A stretch of DNA of 64,000 nucleotides from an uncultured Rivularia sp. (lineage in GTDB: Bacteria; Cyanobacteriota; Cyanobacteriia; Cyanobacteriales; Nostocaceae): assembly GCA_963665115.1 (NCBI GenBank), contig OY762007.1, forward strand, positions 352,001 through 416,000, given 5' to 3'. Made by a program: the position numbers and the translations under genes. The notes beneath the pieces are model-generated. The model was not told the DNA's origin, did no database searches, and worked only from the letters and a program-made list of their open reading frames with translations. Below are positions 51,599 through 63,368 of the stretch, piece by piece (the first letter of the stretch is position 1; each line of letters begins with the position of its first letter).

Positions 51599-53533
51599 TC
51601 ACTCCTCCCTACTCACTGCCAGCTGTTCGCTGTTAACGGTTTCTTCAAAAATTTCTAAGTCAAACCAAAATGTCGTTCCAATTCCTACTTCACTTACTAA
51701 ACATACTTGAGTGTGATGTTTGTCTTCAAGAATGTTTCTGACGATTGATAATCCTAAACCAGTTCCTTCCAGGGTATGGACGCGGTTTTCAACGCGGAAA
51801 AAGCGGTCGAAAATAGCTTGCTGATCTTCATGAGGAATACCAATTCCTGTATCGCCAATTTCTACGCGCACGCGAGATATTGAGAGATTTAAAAGTGGCT
51901 GGGGTTGGAGTTCGTATGCCCGGAGTGCTACTTTTCCACCGGCTTTACTAAACTTGAGTGCATTACCAATTAAGTTTGCTAATACTTGCAGCAATAAATC
52001 GTAATGTCCTCTTACTAAAGGCAAGTTTGGACCTATATCTTGAATTAATTCAATACCTTTATCTCTAGCATTTAATTGATAAGTACGTAGAGTTTGTTCG
52101 ATGGCTTGACTTAAATCAACTCCATCCATGCTGTAGCTGCGTCCGGATTCCAATTTTGATAAATCTAATACATCGTTAACTAAACGTGCAAGTCTATCTG
52201 TTTCATTATTAACTGTTTGTAAAAACTCCTTTCGCTGTTCTATATCCAATTCTTCGCCGAATTCGTGTAGGGTTTCAATAAAAGATTTGATATTAAATAA
52301 AGGCGTTCGTAATTCGTGGGAAACGTTACTAATAAATTGACTTTTCGCTTCATTAAGTTCTACTTCGCGAGTAATATCTTGGATGGTTATTGCAATGCCC
52401 TTGATACTTTCTCGCTGCTGATTTATAACTGTAGTTAAAAGAATGCGGATAGTTCTTTTAATCGGTTCATTGATAGTAATGCGGAACTCGGCGCGTTCTA
52501 AGTCTCCGGCCGTCATTTTGTGCAAATAACGATTAATTTCTATCTGCATCTGTGAAGGTAAATAGTTCAATACGCTATTACCAACTACCTCAGCTTCTTC
52601 CCAACCAAAAATTGCTTTCGCGGTCGGGTTGGCTAATATTACCTGCATTTCGTTGTCAATCAACACCGCACCATCAGCAATAGTGGAAACCAAAGTTTCT
52701 AACTTAGCTTTTTCTGCTGTTAATTCCTCTATATTTTGTTCTTCATAACCTTCTAAGCGCTCGCCCATTTCATTGAAGCTAGAAATTAATTCTTTGAGTT
52801 CTCCGGAAAACTCTAGCTCGATTCGCTGCTTAAAATTCCCCGCAGCAATTTGTTTGACTCCTGCCAACAACTCTTTTATGGGCTTAGTAATAGTCAAAGC
52901 ATTAATTACTCCTCCCAAAATTACCATTACCCAAATCGAGATAAACACCGCAATTGTCACATCGCGGGTAAAGTTGGTAGAAATAACAGCGGTTTGATTG
53001 GGGTTAATACCAACCGCTAAAATGCCCAAATCTTTACCATTCGCTCTCAAAGGGACAAAAACGTCGGTAACTTCCCCATCCGGTGAAGAATGGTGACGCA
53101 CCATAGGTTTTTCCACATTAGCGGCATAATCTTCTGGAAGCTGAATCTTGCGTTCGATAGTCAGTGAATTTTCGACTTCTGGTTCCCAGAAAGGAATACC
53201 AAAAAATATTTTTCCAGTTTCATCAGCATAAAGCATATAGCGAACGCTAGAAGTTGTGCTATAAAAGCGTTGAGAAAACTGTGCTATCTCAGTGTAATTA
53301 TTCTCAGCCAAAAACGGAGAAACATTCGCAGCCAGCAGCAAACCTAAATCTCGTCCAAAACGAGTGTCGTTTACACGTGCATCCTGCTGAATAGTATTTA
53401 CCGCCCAAAACGTCAAACCGCTCATCACCAAAGATACAACCAAAGTGACAGCCGCCAACAGCCTTGTTTGAAGATTAAAATCTGACCACCAATGGGCGAT
53501 CGCTTCTCTAATTGTTTTAAAAATAGCTCGCAT
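51599..53533 (-). CDS. nblS: Sensor histidine kinase NblS/Hik33
   Basis: NDTRFGRDLGLLLA; HAMP and PAS; SHELRTPLFNIK; RVENRVHTLEGTGLGL. Confidence 0.93.
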   Translation of the reverse strand: MRAIFKTIREAIAHWWSDFNLQTRLLAAVTLVVSLVMSGLTFWAVNTIQQDARVNDTRFGRDLGLLLAANVSPFLAENNYTEIAQFSQRFYSTTSSVRYMLYADETGKIFFGIPFWEPEVENSLTIERKIQLPEDYAANVEKPMVRHHSSPDGEVTDVFVPLRANGKDLGILAVGINPNQTAVISTNFTRDVTIAVFISIWVMVILGGVINALTITKPIKELLAGVKQIAAGNFKQRIELEFSGELKELISSFNEMGERLEGYEEQNIEELTAEKAKLETLVSTIADGAVLIDNEMQVILANPTAKAIFGWEEAEVVGNSVLNYLPSQMQIEINRYLHKMTAGDLERAEFRITINEPIKRTIRILLTTVINQQRESIKGIAITIQDITREVELNEAKSQFISNVSHELRTPLFNIKSFIETLHEFGEELDIEQRKEFLQTVNNETDRLARLVNDVLDLSKLESGRSYSMDGVDLSQAIEQTLRTYQLNARDKGIELIQDIGPNLPLVRGHYDLLLQVLANLIGNALKFSKAGGKVALRAYELQPQPLLNLSISRVRVEIGDTGIGIPHEDQQAIFDRFFRVENRVHTLEGTGLGLSIVRNILEDKHHTQVCLVSEVGIGTTFWFDLEIFEETVNSEQLAVSREE

Positions 53534-53744
53534 CTCAAATACAAGTTGTTAGTAGTTTTTATGAAGACAGCCCCAACAACTAAAAGTTAACAGCTAAGTT
53601 GACAAACAGTGAAGAAAGTTGGGAATTGGGGATTGGGAATTGGGGATTGGGAATTGGGGATTGGGAATTGGGAGACAAGGGGACAAGGGGAAGAATTCTT
53701 AATTTACTACTCACTACTCGCTACTCGCTACTTACTACTCTCTC

Positions 53745-55016
53745 CTAACTCCTGACTCGATACCCAATATCCCTTCGATAGTACATTTGATCGAAGTTGA
53801 TTTTTTCAATACCACCGTATGCTAATCGTAATGCTTGCTCGAAGTTTTCTCCGACTCCTGTTACGTTTAAAACCCTACCTCCATCTGTAATTAACTGTTG
53901 ATTTAACTGCGTTCCGGCGTGAAATACGGTTGCTCCTGCGGCTTCGGCTTCGGCAATGCCTGTAATAACTTTACCTTTTTCATAAGCTCGGGGATATCCC
54001 CCAGAAGCAGCAACTACTGTCGCGGCGGCTCCTTGTTTCCATTTTATGGGTGGCATTTGCTCTAGACGCTGCTCGATGCAGGCAAGCATTAATTCTTCTA
54101 AAGGCGTTTCTAATAATGGTAATATTACTTGGGTTTCTGGGTCGCCAAAACGACAGTTAAATTCTAAAACTTTGAATTCACCTGTTGAAGTGACCATTAA
54201 TCCGGCATAAAGTACGCCTCGATAATCAATTTTCTTTGCTTTTAAAACATTTATAGTTCGATCTAAAACTTGTTTTTGAACTCGTTCCATTAAATTAACG
54301 GTAGCTATGGGTGTTGGTGCATAGGCTCCCATTCCGCCTGTATTCTCTCCCGTATCTCCTTCACCAATGCGTTTGTGATCTTGGGCTGGCAATAAAGGTC
54401 TTATAGTTAAACCATCCGTCAAAGCTAAAACGGATACTTCCTGCCCGGTTAAACATTCTTCAACAACTACAAATTCCCCAGCGTTACCAAACTGACCGTC
54501 AAAGATTGCTTCAACTGCCTCTACGGCTTGGTTTAAGCTGGTTGCAACGGTGACACCCTTACCGGCGGCCAAACCGTCAGCTTTGATGACAATTGGCACC
54601 CCGTGTTCTTTGATATAGCTTTTCGCGGGTGCTGCTTTATTGAATACCACACTATTAGCTGTGGGAATATTCGCTTCTTGCATGATACTTTTTGCCCATG
54701 CTTTGCTAGCTTCGATCTGCGCTCCCGCTTTGGTTGGGCCAAAAACTGTTAAACCAATTGAATGCAGATAATCGGTAATTCCTTTTGCTAAAGGTACTTC
54801 TGGCCCTATAACCACAAGGTTGATTTGTGCTTTTAAAGCAAAATTACTGATGCCTTCAAAGTCATCAACTTTCAAAGAAACATTTTCACAGTTGTCCAAA
54901 CTAGCCGTACCGCCATTTCCCGGCACGCAGACAACCTGCTCAACTTGACTTGATTGAAGAAACTTCCAAGCCAGAGCGTGTTCTCTTCCTCCACTACCTA
55001 CAACTAAAATTTTCAC
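53745..55016 (-). CDS. purD: Phosphoribosylamine--glycine ligase
   Basis: [32 protein letters not shown]. Confidence 0.96.
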   Translation of the reverse strand: MKILVVGSGGREHALAWKFLQSSQVEQVVCVPGNGGTASLDNCENVSLKVDDFEGISNFALKAQINLVVIGPEVPLAKGITDYLHSIGLTVFGPTKAGAQIEASKAWAKSIMQEANIPTANSVVFNKAAPAKSYIKEHGVPIVIKADGLAAGKGVTVATSLNQAVEAVEAIFDGQFGNAGEFVVVEECLTGQEVSVLALTDGLTIRPLLPAQDHKRIGEGDTGENTGGMGAYAPTPIATVNLMERVQKQVLDRTINVLKAKKIDYRGVLYAGLMVTSTGEFKVLEFNCRFGDPETQVILPLLETPLEELMLACIEQRLEQMPPIKWKQGAAATVVAASGGYPRAYEKGKVITGIAEAEAAGATVFHAGTQLNQQLITDGGRVLNVTGVGENFEQALRLAYGGIEKINFDQMYYRRDIGYRVRS

Positions 55017-55396
55017 TGATTATCCTCGAATTCACCTTGATGATGCGCTTTATTTTTTCACCAATTTTAATACTTATCCTGACTTAACGATAGGAATTAA
55101 CAGTTATCAGTTACCAGTAATCAATTAATATTCTTCCTTCTCTCCAATTTACTGTTGGGTTTTGGTTAAAAAAACATCAGAATTTATACTGTATTCTTCT
55201 CATAAGTTAACTCTGAATATTCGTATAATTATGGATAGAAAACTAATTTTTATTAGATATAAATACGGAACTTTTAAAAATATTTGTGGATCGGTTAGAA
55301 TGTGCTTAAAAAAGTTTGAAAACTAGTGGCAACTACCTGTCTATACGGATTAACCTGTGAATATTGAGTTAAGAAAATATCTAAATATCTAGAGAC

Positions 55397-56344
55397 ATGA
55401 CTAAAAATATCGTTACTGGCGCGGCAGGTTTTATAGGTTCGCATTTAGCAGAAACATTGTTAAAAAAAGGAGAAGAAGTAATTGGCATAGATGAATTCAA
55501 TGACTATTACGATCCTTTCTTTAAAAATAAAAATGTTACATTCTTAAAAAGCTATGACAACTTTAAGTTAATTGAAGCAGATATTCAGTTTTTAGACTGG
55601 AACTCTTTGTTACAGGATGTTGACGTAGTTTACCATCAGGCAGCGCAAGCAGGGGTAAGGGCTAGCTGGGGGCAAGGTTTCCGTTTTTATACGGAGCGCA
55701 ATATTAGCGCAACTCAAGTTTTGTTGGAAGCAGCAAAAGATGCGAAAAATTTAAAAAGGTTGGTTTATGCTTCCACATCAAGCGTTTATGGTGATGCGGA
55801 AACTTTACCTACCAGCGAATTAGTTTGTCCCAAACCAGTTTCACCCTATGGAATTACTAAGTTAGCTGCGGAAAGATTGTGCGGGCTTTATCACAAAAAC
55901 TTTGGCGTACCTTTCGTAGCCTTACGTTATTTTACAGTTTATGGGCCTCGTCAGCGTCCCGATATGGCTTTTCACAAATTTTATAAGGCTGTAATTGAAG
56001 ATGAAGCGATTCCCGTTTATGGTGATGGATTGCAAACCAGAGATTTTACCTTTGTCAGCGATGCGGTTGCGGCGAATTTAGCTGCTGCGACTGTAGATGA
56101 TGCAGTTGGAGAAATTTTTAATATTGGTGGTGGTAGCAGAGTCGTTTTAAAAGAAGTCTTGGAAACAATCGAAGAAATTGTTGGTAAACCCATCAAGAGA
56201 AACCATATTGAAAAAGCGATGGGAGATGCTCGTCACACTGCTGCGGATGTGAGTAAAGCTAAAAAGATTTTGGGTTATCAGCCACAGGTTAGTTTAAAAG
56301 AAGGTTTAACTAGAGAATGGGAATGGGTGAAAGGGATGTATTAA
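55397..56344 (+). CDS. NAD-dependent nucleotide-sugar epimerase
   Basis: TGAAGFIG, AQAGVR, YGITK, YGPRQRPDMA. Confidence 0.9.
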   Translation: MTKNIVTGAAGFIGSHLAETLLKKGEEVIGIDEFNDYYDPFFKNKNVTFLKSYDNFKLIEADIQFLDWNSLLQDVDVVYHQAAQAGVRASWGQGFRFYTERNISATQVLLEAAKDAKNLKRLVYASTSSVYGDAETLPTSELVCPKPVSPYGITKLAAERLCGLYHKNFGVPFVALRYFTVYGPRQRPDMAFHKFYKAVIEDEAIPVYGDGLQTRDFTFVSDAVAANLAAATVDDAVGEIFNIGGGSRVVLKEVLETIEEIVGKPIKRNHIEKAMGDARHTAADVSKAKKILGYQPQVSLKEGLTREWEWVKGMY

Positions 56345-56484
56345 ATTTCTTTTACCTTTAAATAAAAATGTAAAGACGTAGCAATGCTACGTCTTTTTGT
56401 ATTTTGGGTTTTAACGATAATCATACTACCGCGTTATGCTCGCACGCTTTGCGCGAATGCAAGGTTTTGTAAACATACAAATAG

Positions 56485-56766
56485 CTATGTAAATTCGGGA
56501 AGTTCACCATCATATTCCAACTCTATAATAAATGTAATAAAATCACCATTCCCTAACTGAGTAGTTAACTCGAAAGAAGTAGTCTTCGTCGCTTGTAGTT
56601 CATCAGATTCATTCCCAAATAGCTCATTATCTGATATGCAAAAATTCGCTTCCAAATTTTCAATTCCATTGATAGTATTTATATGACCTATCCGATTTAT
56701 TTCAATAGATTCAAAAATAGTTTTTTGTTCTATAATTTTTTTCAGAAACTCTTGATTGGAAGTCAT
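56485..56766 (-). CDS. Acidic orphan protein flanked by REPs
   Basis: 93-aa AT-rich ORF; GGAG SD upstream. Confidence 0.55.
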   Translation of the reverse strand: MTSNQEFLKKIIEQKTIFESIEINRIGHINTINGIENLEANFCISDNELFGNESDELQATKTTSFELTTQLGNGDFITFIIELEYDGELPEFT

Positions 56767-56966
56767 TGCAATAATTCTCCAATATTTTATTTTTTGCTAT
56801 CCTTATTACAGTTATGGGTAGTAAGTAAATATAATTATGCAAAAAACAATATTATTTAGAAAAAAATAACTTCTCCTGTCTATGTGGTTAAGATAAATTC
56901 GGCCGATCTTCCTTCCATAAATTCAAAGACGTAGCACTGCTACGTCTCTACACAATAGTCATAAAT

Positions 56967-59807
56967 TTAATTTGTATTATCCCCATTCACAACTTGCTTC
57001 AATGTCTGCAATAGTTCATGCTCGTTGTAAGGTTTGGTTAAATACACTGCTGCTCCTAACTGTATGGCTAGCTGACGATATTTCTCGGTGGTGCGCGAGC
57101 TTAGCATGACAACCGGAATATTTTGCAGATTCTCTTGAGATTTAAGACGAATCAGGAAGTTGTAACCGTCGAGACGCGGCATTTCGATGTCACAAATTAT
57201 GCTTTCTACCTGTAAGCCGCTTTGTAGTTGGAAAAGTGCGTCTTGTCCGTCTTTTGCTTGTTCTACAAAGTATCCGGCTCTTTCTAAGGTAAGTGCTAAA
57301 AAGCGGCGCACGTTTACCGAATCATCTACTATTAGTATACAATTTTTCCGGCTTTTTGGTGATAGGAATGAGGTAGAAGATAAAGGTTGGGAAGTTAGAT
57401 TTAAGGTATCTTTTTTAGCAATTAAATTTAATATTTGTGCCGGACTGACCAAGGGAACTATGCGACCGTTATCTAAAACAGTACAGTTATTAAAGCCTTC
57501 TGGTAAAGGAATTTTGCCTTCTACCCTACGGATTGCTACTTCTTGTTCGTCCCAACAGCGGTCTGCTTTGATTGCTATTGATTTATTGCCTGTACTAATA
57601 ATTAATACAATTTTATCTTCTATTCTCGGTGGAACTTCTTGGACTGATGAAATGGAACGTATATTGTTGAAATGTAAGTAGTTACTAATATTAATTAACT
57701 CTACTAATGAACCTTGCCAGTTAATTAATTCGCCATTTTGTCCTGGTAAAATCTGCTGATTTTCTAATAAGCATATTTCTTGAATTGCGTCGGTGGGAAA
57801 TGCTAATGGTATGCCGTTGCTTTCTGCTAAAACGATTCTTGCTACCGAGAGGGTAAAAGGTACCGAGAGGGTAAAAGTAGTTCCTTTGCCAGGGATGGAA
57901 TCAACTGCTATTTCTCCGTTGATTAATTCGAGATTGTTACGTACCACATCCATACCCACACCACGCCCGGATAATGTGGTGACTTGTTCGGAGGTACTAA
58001 ATCCAGGTTCAAAAATCAGAGTTAATAAATCATCATCGCTAGCAGTGGCTAACATTTGAGCATCCAAACCCATTTCTTCGGCACGGGTGCGAATTTTTTC
58101 TACAGGTATTCCGTTGCCGTCGTCGCTGATGGTAATAATAGTGCGATCGCCTTTATGAACGGTTTTGATTTTGATTAGCCCCTGCTCTGATTTACCTGCT
58201 GCAATTCTGGTTTGATTGTCTTCGATTCCATGTGCGAAAGCGTTTCTCACAAGATGCATCAAGGGTTCGTTTAAGGCTTCTAATATACCTCGTTCCATCA
58301 AGCTATCTGCACCTTCGATTTCTAAGCGAACGTTTTTACCGTATTCTGCATTTAAATTCTGCAAAGCTCTGGGTAGACGCTCTAATATTTCGGAAAGCGG
58401 ACGCATCCTGACTTTTGTTAAAGAGTTTTGCAGTTTTCTTGATGTTCTATTAAGTAAGTGATTTACTTGTTCTGTATCTTCTAAATTAAGAGTAATGTCA
58501 CCTGTAATTTCTTGAATTTTAACTATATTTTCCATCACTGTTTGAGACAGTGTATGCAGTTCGCTATAGCGTTCTAATTCTAAAGCATCAAATTTATTAT
58601 TACTGCTTGAAATGTTTTCGGTGGGGTGCCATTCCCAGTTTTTTTGTACTTGATAATATTTTGGTTTTAAGGTAGACAACTGTAAAGAAAATTTTTCGTA
58701 AGACAAGCGTAATTCGTGGTTTTCGCGTTCGAGAGTTTTTAATCGGATCGAAAGATTACGAATTAATTTACTGATTCTTTCTAACTGCAATCTCACGGTA
58801 TTGCGTCCGATTGTTAATTCCCCAAATAAATCGTTGATTTGTTCGAGTTGTTTGCTGGGAACTCTTACGTATGGTTCTCTATTTTCTCTTTTACTTGCTG
58901 GAGTAAATTCTGGTGTTGTTTGGATAATTTCTTCTACATTTGGAGCAAAATTATTTACTAAATTCAACTCCGGATCGATGACTAGTTTTTGACAATCTTG
59001 ATTTTTTTTATTGTTGATTGTCGTGGGTAAATTATCTTGTTGATTTGCAAGCAGTAAAGTCTGGGTATTTCGCCACGATTGCAATCCTAATTCCGCAATT
59101 TCTTCAACTTCCGCATCAGAAACCGCAGTCGATAAACGTTGAATTATCGATTCGCAAAGTTGAACAAAAGCGGGTATTTGCAGCATTTCCCCCAAACCAC
59201 CCAACTGAGAAGACATCATGATAATTTCTTCCCGTAAAACAGAAGATTCTTTTTGTTTTAATAAAGACTCTAAACGTTGTAAATAGCCTTCGACTTCAGT
59301 TTTAAATAATAAAGATATAATTTCTTGGGGATTTTCTTCTGTAGCAAGAATACTCATCGCGTCTTCAGGAGCGGGTTCTCCTAAAATGGTGCGTAATTCT
59401 TCAAATACTGGATAGCAAAAAGTAGTTATCCATTGTTCATCAACATCATGACCTATTGAAATAGATTCTACAATTTGACGCAACCAGTCAATTGCAGATA
59501 GCAGTAAACTTTGTAACGAACTATCAACTTCTAAAGGCTTTTTACCAGTTTTTAAAACCTTGAAAGAATCTTCGAGCAGATGAGATAAATCGCTTAAAGG
59601 ATGAAACCCCATAATTGCCGCACCGCCTTTGATAGAATGAGCGGCTCTTAATGCAGCATTAATTCTTTGTAGATCGATTTTACGATTATTTTTAGCTTCA
59701 ACAATCACATTTTCTAGAGTATTAATATGCTCGGTAGCTTCCTCTAGAAACTGCATTTTTATCTCTAATTCTTTTTGTGAGGACATAGGGTGAGGCGGAT
59801 TGGACAT
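56967..59807 (-). CDS. cheA: CheA-like hybrid histidine kinase (Hpt, HATPase, CheW, REC)
   Basis: AHSIKGGA, HLVRNAFAHGIE, SGRGVGMDVV, CDIEMPRLDG; true start may be 59786. Confidence 0.92.
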   Translation of the reverse strand: MSNPPHPMSSQKELEIKMQFLEEATEHINTLENVIVEAKNNRKIDLQRINAALRAAHSIKGGAAIMGFHPLSDLSHLLEDSFKVLKTGKKPLEVDSSLQSLLLSAIDWLRQIVESISIGHDVDEQWITTFCYPVFEELRTILGEPAPEDAMSILATEENPQEIISLLFKTEVEGYLQRLESLLKQKESSVLREEIIMMSSQLGGLGEMLQIPAFVQLCESIIQRLSTAVSDAEVEEIAELGLQSWRNTQTLLLANQQDNLPTTINNKKNQDCQKLVIDPELNLVNNFAPNVEEIIQTTPEFTPASKRENREPYVRVPSKQLEQINDLFGELTIGRNTVRLQLERISKLIRNLSIRLKTLERENHELRLSYEKFSLQLSTLKPKYYQVQKNWEWHPTENISSSNNKFDALELERYSELHTLSQTVMENIVKIQEITGDITLNLEDTEQVNHLLNRTSRKLQNSLTKVRMRPLSEILERLPRALQNLNAEYGKNVRLEIEGADSLMERGILEALNEPLMHLVRNAFAHGIEDNQTRIAAGKSEQGLIKIKTVHKGDRTIITISDDGNGIPVEKIRTRAEEMGLDAQMLATASDDDLLTLIFEPGFSTSEQVTTLSGRGVGMDVVRNNLELINGEIAVDSIPGKGTTFTLSVPFTLSVARIVLAESNGIPLAFPTDAIQEICLLENQQILPGQNGELINWQGSLVELINISNYLHFNNIRSISSVQEVPPRIEDKIVLIISTGNKSIAIKADRCWDEQEVAIRRVEGKIPLPEGFNNCTVLDNGRIVPLVSPAQILNLIAKKDTLNLTSQPLSSTSFLSPKSRKNCILIVDDSVNVRRFLALTLERAGYFVEQAKDGQDALFQLQSGLQVESIICDIEMPRLDGYNFLIRLKSQENLQNIPVVMLSSRTTEKYRQLAIQLGAAVYLTKPYNEHELLQTLKQVVNGDNTN

Positions 59808-60013
59808 TGGGCATGGGGGGTGGGGAGATGGGGTAGATGGGGAGATGGGGAGATGGGGAGAGGGGGGAGAGGGGGGAGAGGGGGTAGAGGGGGTAGATGG
59901 GGTAGATAATAATTAAGAACTTACTACTCCCTATTCACTACTCACTACTCCCTACTCCCTACTCACTACTCCCTACTCCCTACTCCCTACTTATTACTCC
60001 TAACTGTTCACTG

Positions 60014-62569
60014 TTAACTGACTTTAAAAGCGTCTACACTTGCGGCTAATTTATGGGAAATATCTACAGTTTTTTGTAATGATAGAGATATTTCTTGGGA
60101 GGAATTTTCGGTGTTTTCTGATATCTGGGCTATTTCTTTCATTAAACTGGTTACTTGTTTTGAAGTTTTTACTTGAATGACTGTGGCGGCGGAAATTGAT
60201 TCGATTAATCCATCAATTTGATGGCTAACATCCAAGATTTCGTTAAAGTTTTGTTTGGTATTTTCAATTAAACCAGTTTCTTCTACTACCTGGGTGATTC
60301 CTAATTCCATTGCTTTAACTACTTGGCTGGTTTCTCGCTGAATTCCGGCAACGATGTCTTCAATCTCTGCGGTTGCATCGCTGCTACGATTAGCTAAAGC
60401 TGCTACTTCTTCGGCTACTACTGCAAAACCTTGTCCTTGCTCTCCGGCTCGGGTGGCTTCGATTCCGGCGTTGATAGCAAGTAGGTTGGTTTGCATGGCG
60501 ATCTGATTTATCAATGACACTACGTGAGAAATTTTCTGCGAAGATTCCCCGAGTTGCTTGACTTTTTTTGCTGTATCGCCGATGGTTTCACGTAGATAAT
60601 GAATGTTTTCTACAGTTAAATCCATCGCTGCACTTCCTGATTCGGCGGTACGGAAGGCTTGACTGGCAACAGTTGCAGCTTTTCTGACACCCTTGGCTAT
60701 GGACTTAATCGAACTTCTCATCTCCTGTACTGAGTCTAATGTGCGATTTATTTCCAAAGCTTGCTCTTTAGCGTTAATGCTCAGTTTATTAACTGCACTT
60801 TCGTCATTTGCGATCGCGCTGTTAACTTCGGTAACTGTCAGCTTGACTTGAGTAACGATTTCGCCCAAGTTTTCGATGATGGAATTGAAAAAATCGGCTA
60901 CCGTACCAATTTCCCCGGAAGTAAATTCGGCACGTACAGTTAAGTCACCGCTATTTACCGCTTCAATATTTGCAATTAACTGAGCAATTTGCTGTTGCAA
61001 TACTTCTTTTTTATCAAGTTGCCCTTGAGAAAGCTGTTGGAGTTCAAAAACATTATTGACTCGTTGCAAAGCTTCTCGTACAATTCCAGCCGATTCATCA
61101 AATAACTGTATTTCCGATTGCTGCCAAAGATAATGCGAACAATGACAAGCGATTAAATAACCAAATAATTTATCGTCTTGTTTCAGAGGTACAATTAAAG
61201 TTGCTTTAATATTTAATGCTTCTAATTGTTTGACAACAGATTTTGGTAAACCTACTCTATTGATATCATTAATGGCAATAACACCGTCAACCTGTAATTC
61301 AGAAAAATCAAACTTTTTATCTAAAACTGAAGGTAAACCAATATTACCCGATTCCGCAATGAAGCTTCCCGTTTCAGTTGAATCAAATTTATAAATCAGC
61401 GCTTTTTCTACTTTCAAAGATTTGCGGATATTTTCAACCGCTAGATTACAAATCTCTTGATGGTTGATGGAATCAGATAAATTAATTGCCAGTTGTTGAA
61501 TAGCTGCCCGTTTTTCTGAAGTCGTTAACTGTTCTAAAGTTAATCCTAGTTGAATTGCTAGCTGTTTTAACAAATGGATTTCAAAGGCTTGCCAAAGATG
61601 TGGGTTCCAGCAGTGATGCGCTATCAGAAAACCGAATATTTTGTTATTTATGAAAATAGGTGTTAGTAAAATTGCTTTAATTTTCAAGCGCTTCATTAAT
61701 TCCAAATGTTCGCTGCTGAGTCCAGCTTCATCGATATTATTGATAGCTAAAACTTCAGATTGTTTGTAAAGTTCTGTAAGTTCTTTCGCCAAAGAAATAT
61801 CTTCTATCGTCTCTCCAAAAGTGATCGGTAAACCCGGAGCAATTTCTTCTGCGATAACTTGACCTTCACCATCCGAGTTACAATGATAAATAACTACTCG
61901 GTGCGCTCCTAAAGTTTGCCGGACTTCTTTTACAGTTCTATTGAACAAATCTTCACTATTCAGAGACTGAGAAATTGAAATAATCGTATCCGAAAGTAAT
62001 TTCGCTTGTTCGCTTTCAACTCTTTCTTGAAATAGTAATTCTTGTAATTGTTCGACAATTAAATTAACATTGCGACTCAAAATAGCAAACTCATCTTTAC
62101 CTTTGATGGGAATGCGGCTATTAAGATTACCATTCGCTAACTTTTTCACTGCTAAATTAGCAGCAGTAATTGGTAAAACCAAACGACGAGCAAGTGTTGC
62201 AGCGCTGATACCCGCAAGCAATGCAGCAGCTAAAGTACCCATTTGCAACATTAGTAATAACTGCTTCTGAGATGCTTCTACCTGCTGTGGTGTTTTAACA
62301 TCCGTGTCGCTAACTTCTGGGGTAATAATTTGATTGCCTAAATGATAAGATAATGCTGTAATACCTGCTGTGGGTAAACAGCACAAAGCAAGAGATAGCA
62401 TTACCGCTTTACCGCTTAAGTTGATGTTTCTCAACCGATTCATTCGTTTAATAAAAGCAGAATGCGATTGTCTTGGTTGATTTTTAATATTTTTAGGAAA
62501 ATTCGAGAATTCAGACTGCGAATGTCTGTTTTTTGTTTGGGTTTGATTTTTTTTCAAGTTATTCATCAT
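60014..62569 (-). CDS. Methyl-accepting chemotaxis protein with HAMP and two GAF domains (PixJ-like)
   Basis: QTNLLAINAGIEATRAGEQGQGFAVVAEEV; two GAFs without the bilin Cys. Confidence 0.9.
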   Translation of the reverse strand: MMNNLKKNQTQTKNRHSQSEFSNFPKNIKNQPRQSHSAFIKRMNRLRNINLSGKAVMLSLALCCLPTAGITALSYHLGNQIITPEVSDTDVKTPQQVEASQKQLLLMLQMGTLAAALLAGISAATLARRLVLPITAANLAVKKLANGNLNSRIPIKGKDEFAILSRNVNLIVEQLQELLFQERVESEQAKLLSDTIISISQSLNSEDLFNRTVKEVRQTLGAHRVVIYHCNSDGEGQVIAEEIAPGLPITFGETIEDISLAKELTELYKQSEVLAINNIDEAGLSSEHLELMKRLKIKAILLTPIFINNKIFGFLIAHHCWNPHLWQAFEIHLLKQLAIQLGLTLEQLTTSEKRAAIQQLAINLSDSINHQEICNLAVENIRKSLKVEKALIYKFDSTETGSFIAESGNIGLPSVLDKKFDFSELQVDGVIAINDINRVGLPKSVVKQLEALNIKATLIVPLKQDDKLFGYLIACHCSHYLWQQSEIQLFDESAGIVREALQRVNNVFELQQLSQGQLDKKEVLQQQIAQLIANIEAVNSGDLTVRAEFTSGEIGTVADFFNSIIENLGEIVTQVKLTVTEVNSAIANDESAVNKLSINAKEQALEINRTLDSVQEMRSSIKSIAKGVRKAATVASQAFRTAESGSAAMDLTVENIHYLRETIGDTAKKVKQLGESSQKISHVVSLINQIAMQTNLLAINAGIEATRAGEQGQGFAVVAEEVAALANRSSDATAEIEDIVAGIQRETSQVVKAMELGITQVVEETGLIENTKQNFNEILDVSHQIDGLIESISAATVIQVKTSKQVTSLMKEIAQISENTENSSQEISLSLQKTVDISHKLAASVDAFKVS

Positions 62570-62846
62570 TCAGCTATTCTCAAATCTTTTTGCGTGCTTG
62601 TATCTTATTCAGTTGTAAATATTGATGGAAATAGGGAACGGGGAATGGGGAACGGAATTAATAAACCTTTTAGTTATCGCCGTATATAGTATGCTAAAGA
62701 TATAGATCAAATTGTATTCCTTAGTATACAAAAATCGGATTTTGGATTTTATATTAACGGTTACTCCTCTCAACGTTTTAAGATTACCGATATAATTTCT
62801 TTTTTTTATACTTCCTACTCCCCGTTCCCCGTTCTCTTTTTTAAGC

Positions 62847-63335
62847 TTACTTATTGTAAAGAAACGAAGATTTGAGAATAGCCTGTATATTTAATACCAA
62901 ATTTAATTCATCTTCGTCAGCAATACATCCATTTAGATAAGGAATTATATCACTTGCTTGATTTTGAGCCGATTGAATAGTGCCGGAATCAAATCTGACT
63001 GTACCTTTGATTTCTGGAACCATTAAACCGATGGTTTCCGCTTCATGACGAATTACAATAATATTGCATTGTCGCATTTGAGATTGTGACTCCAAACCCA
63101 ATATTTTTGGTAAGTCAACAACCCAGATAATTCGATTGCGCCAATTCATTAATCCCAGAATTAACTCAGACGTATTTGGGATTGAAGTTATTGCTGCTAA
63201 AGGTAATACAACTACTTCTTCAGTAAAATTTACCAGTAAAACAGCAGTAGTACTTCGATTTAGCTTGAATTGAAGATAGCCCTCACCTAAATTTGTCTGT
63301 GGCTGGGTTAATAGCTTCATATTAGATGCATTCAT
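62847..63335 (-). CDS. cheW: CheW-like coupling protein
   Basis: LGLMNWRNRIIWVVDL. Confidence 0.88.
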   Translation of the reverse strand: MNASNMKLLTQPQTNLGEGYLQFKLNRSTTAVLLVNFTEEVVVLPLAAITSIPNTSELILGLMNWRNRIIWVVDLPKILGLESQSQMRQCNIIVIRHEAETIGLMVPEIKGTVRFDSGTIQSAQNQASDIIPYLNGCIADEDELNLVLNIQAILKSSFLYNK

Positions 63336-63368
63336 ATTTAATAAAGTCTGATTTCCAATGTCGTCAAC

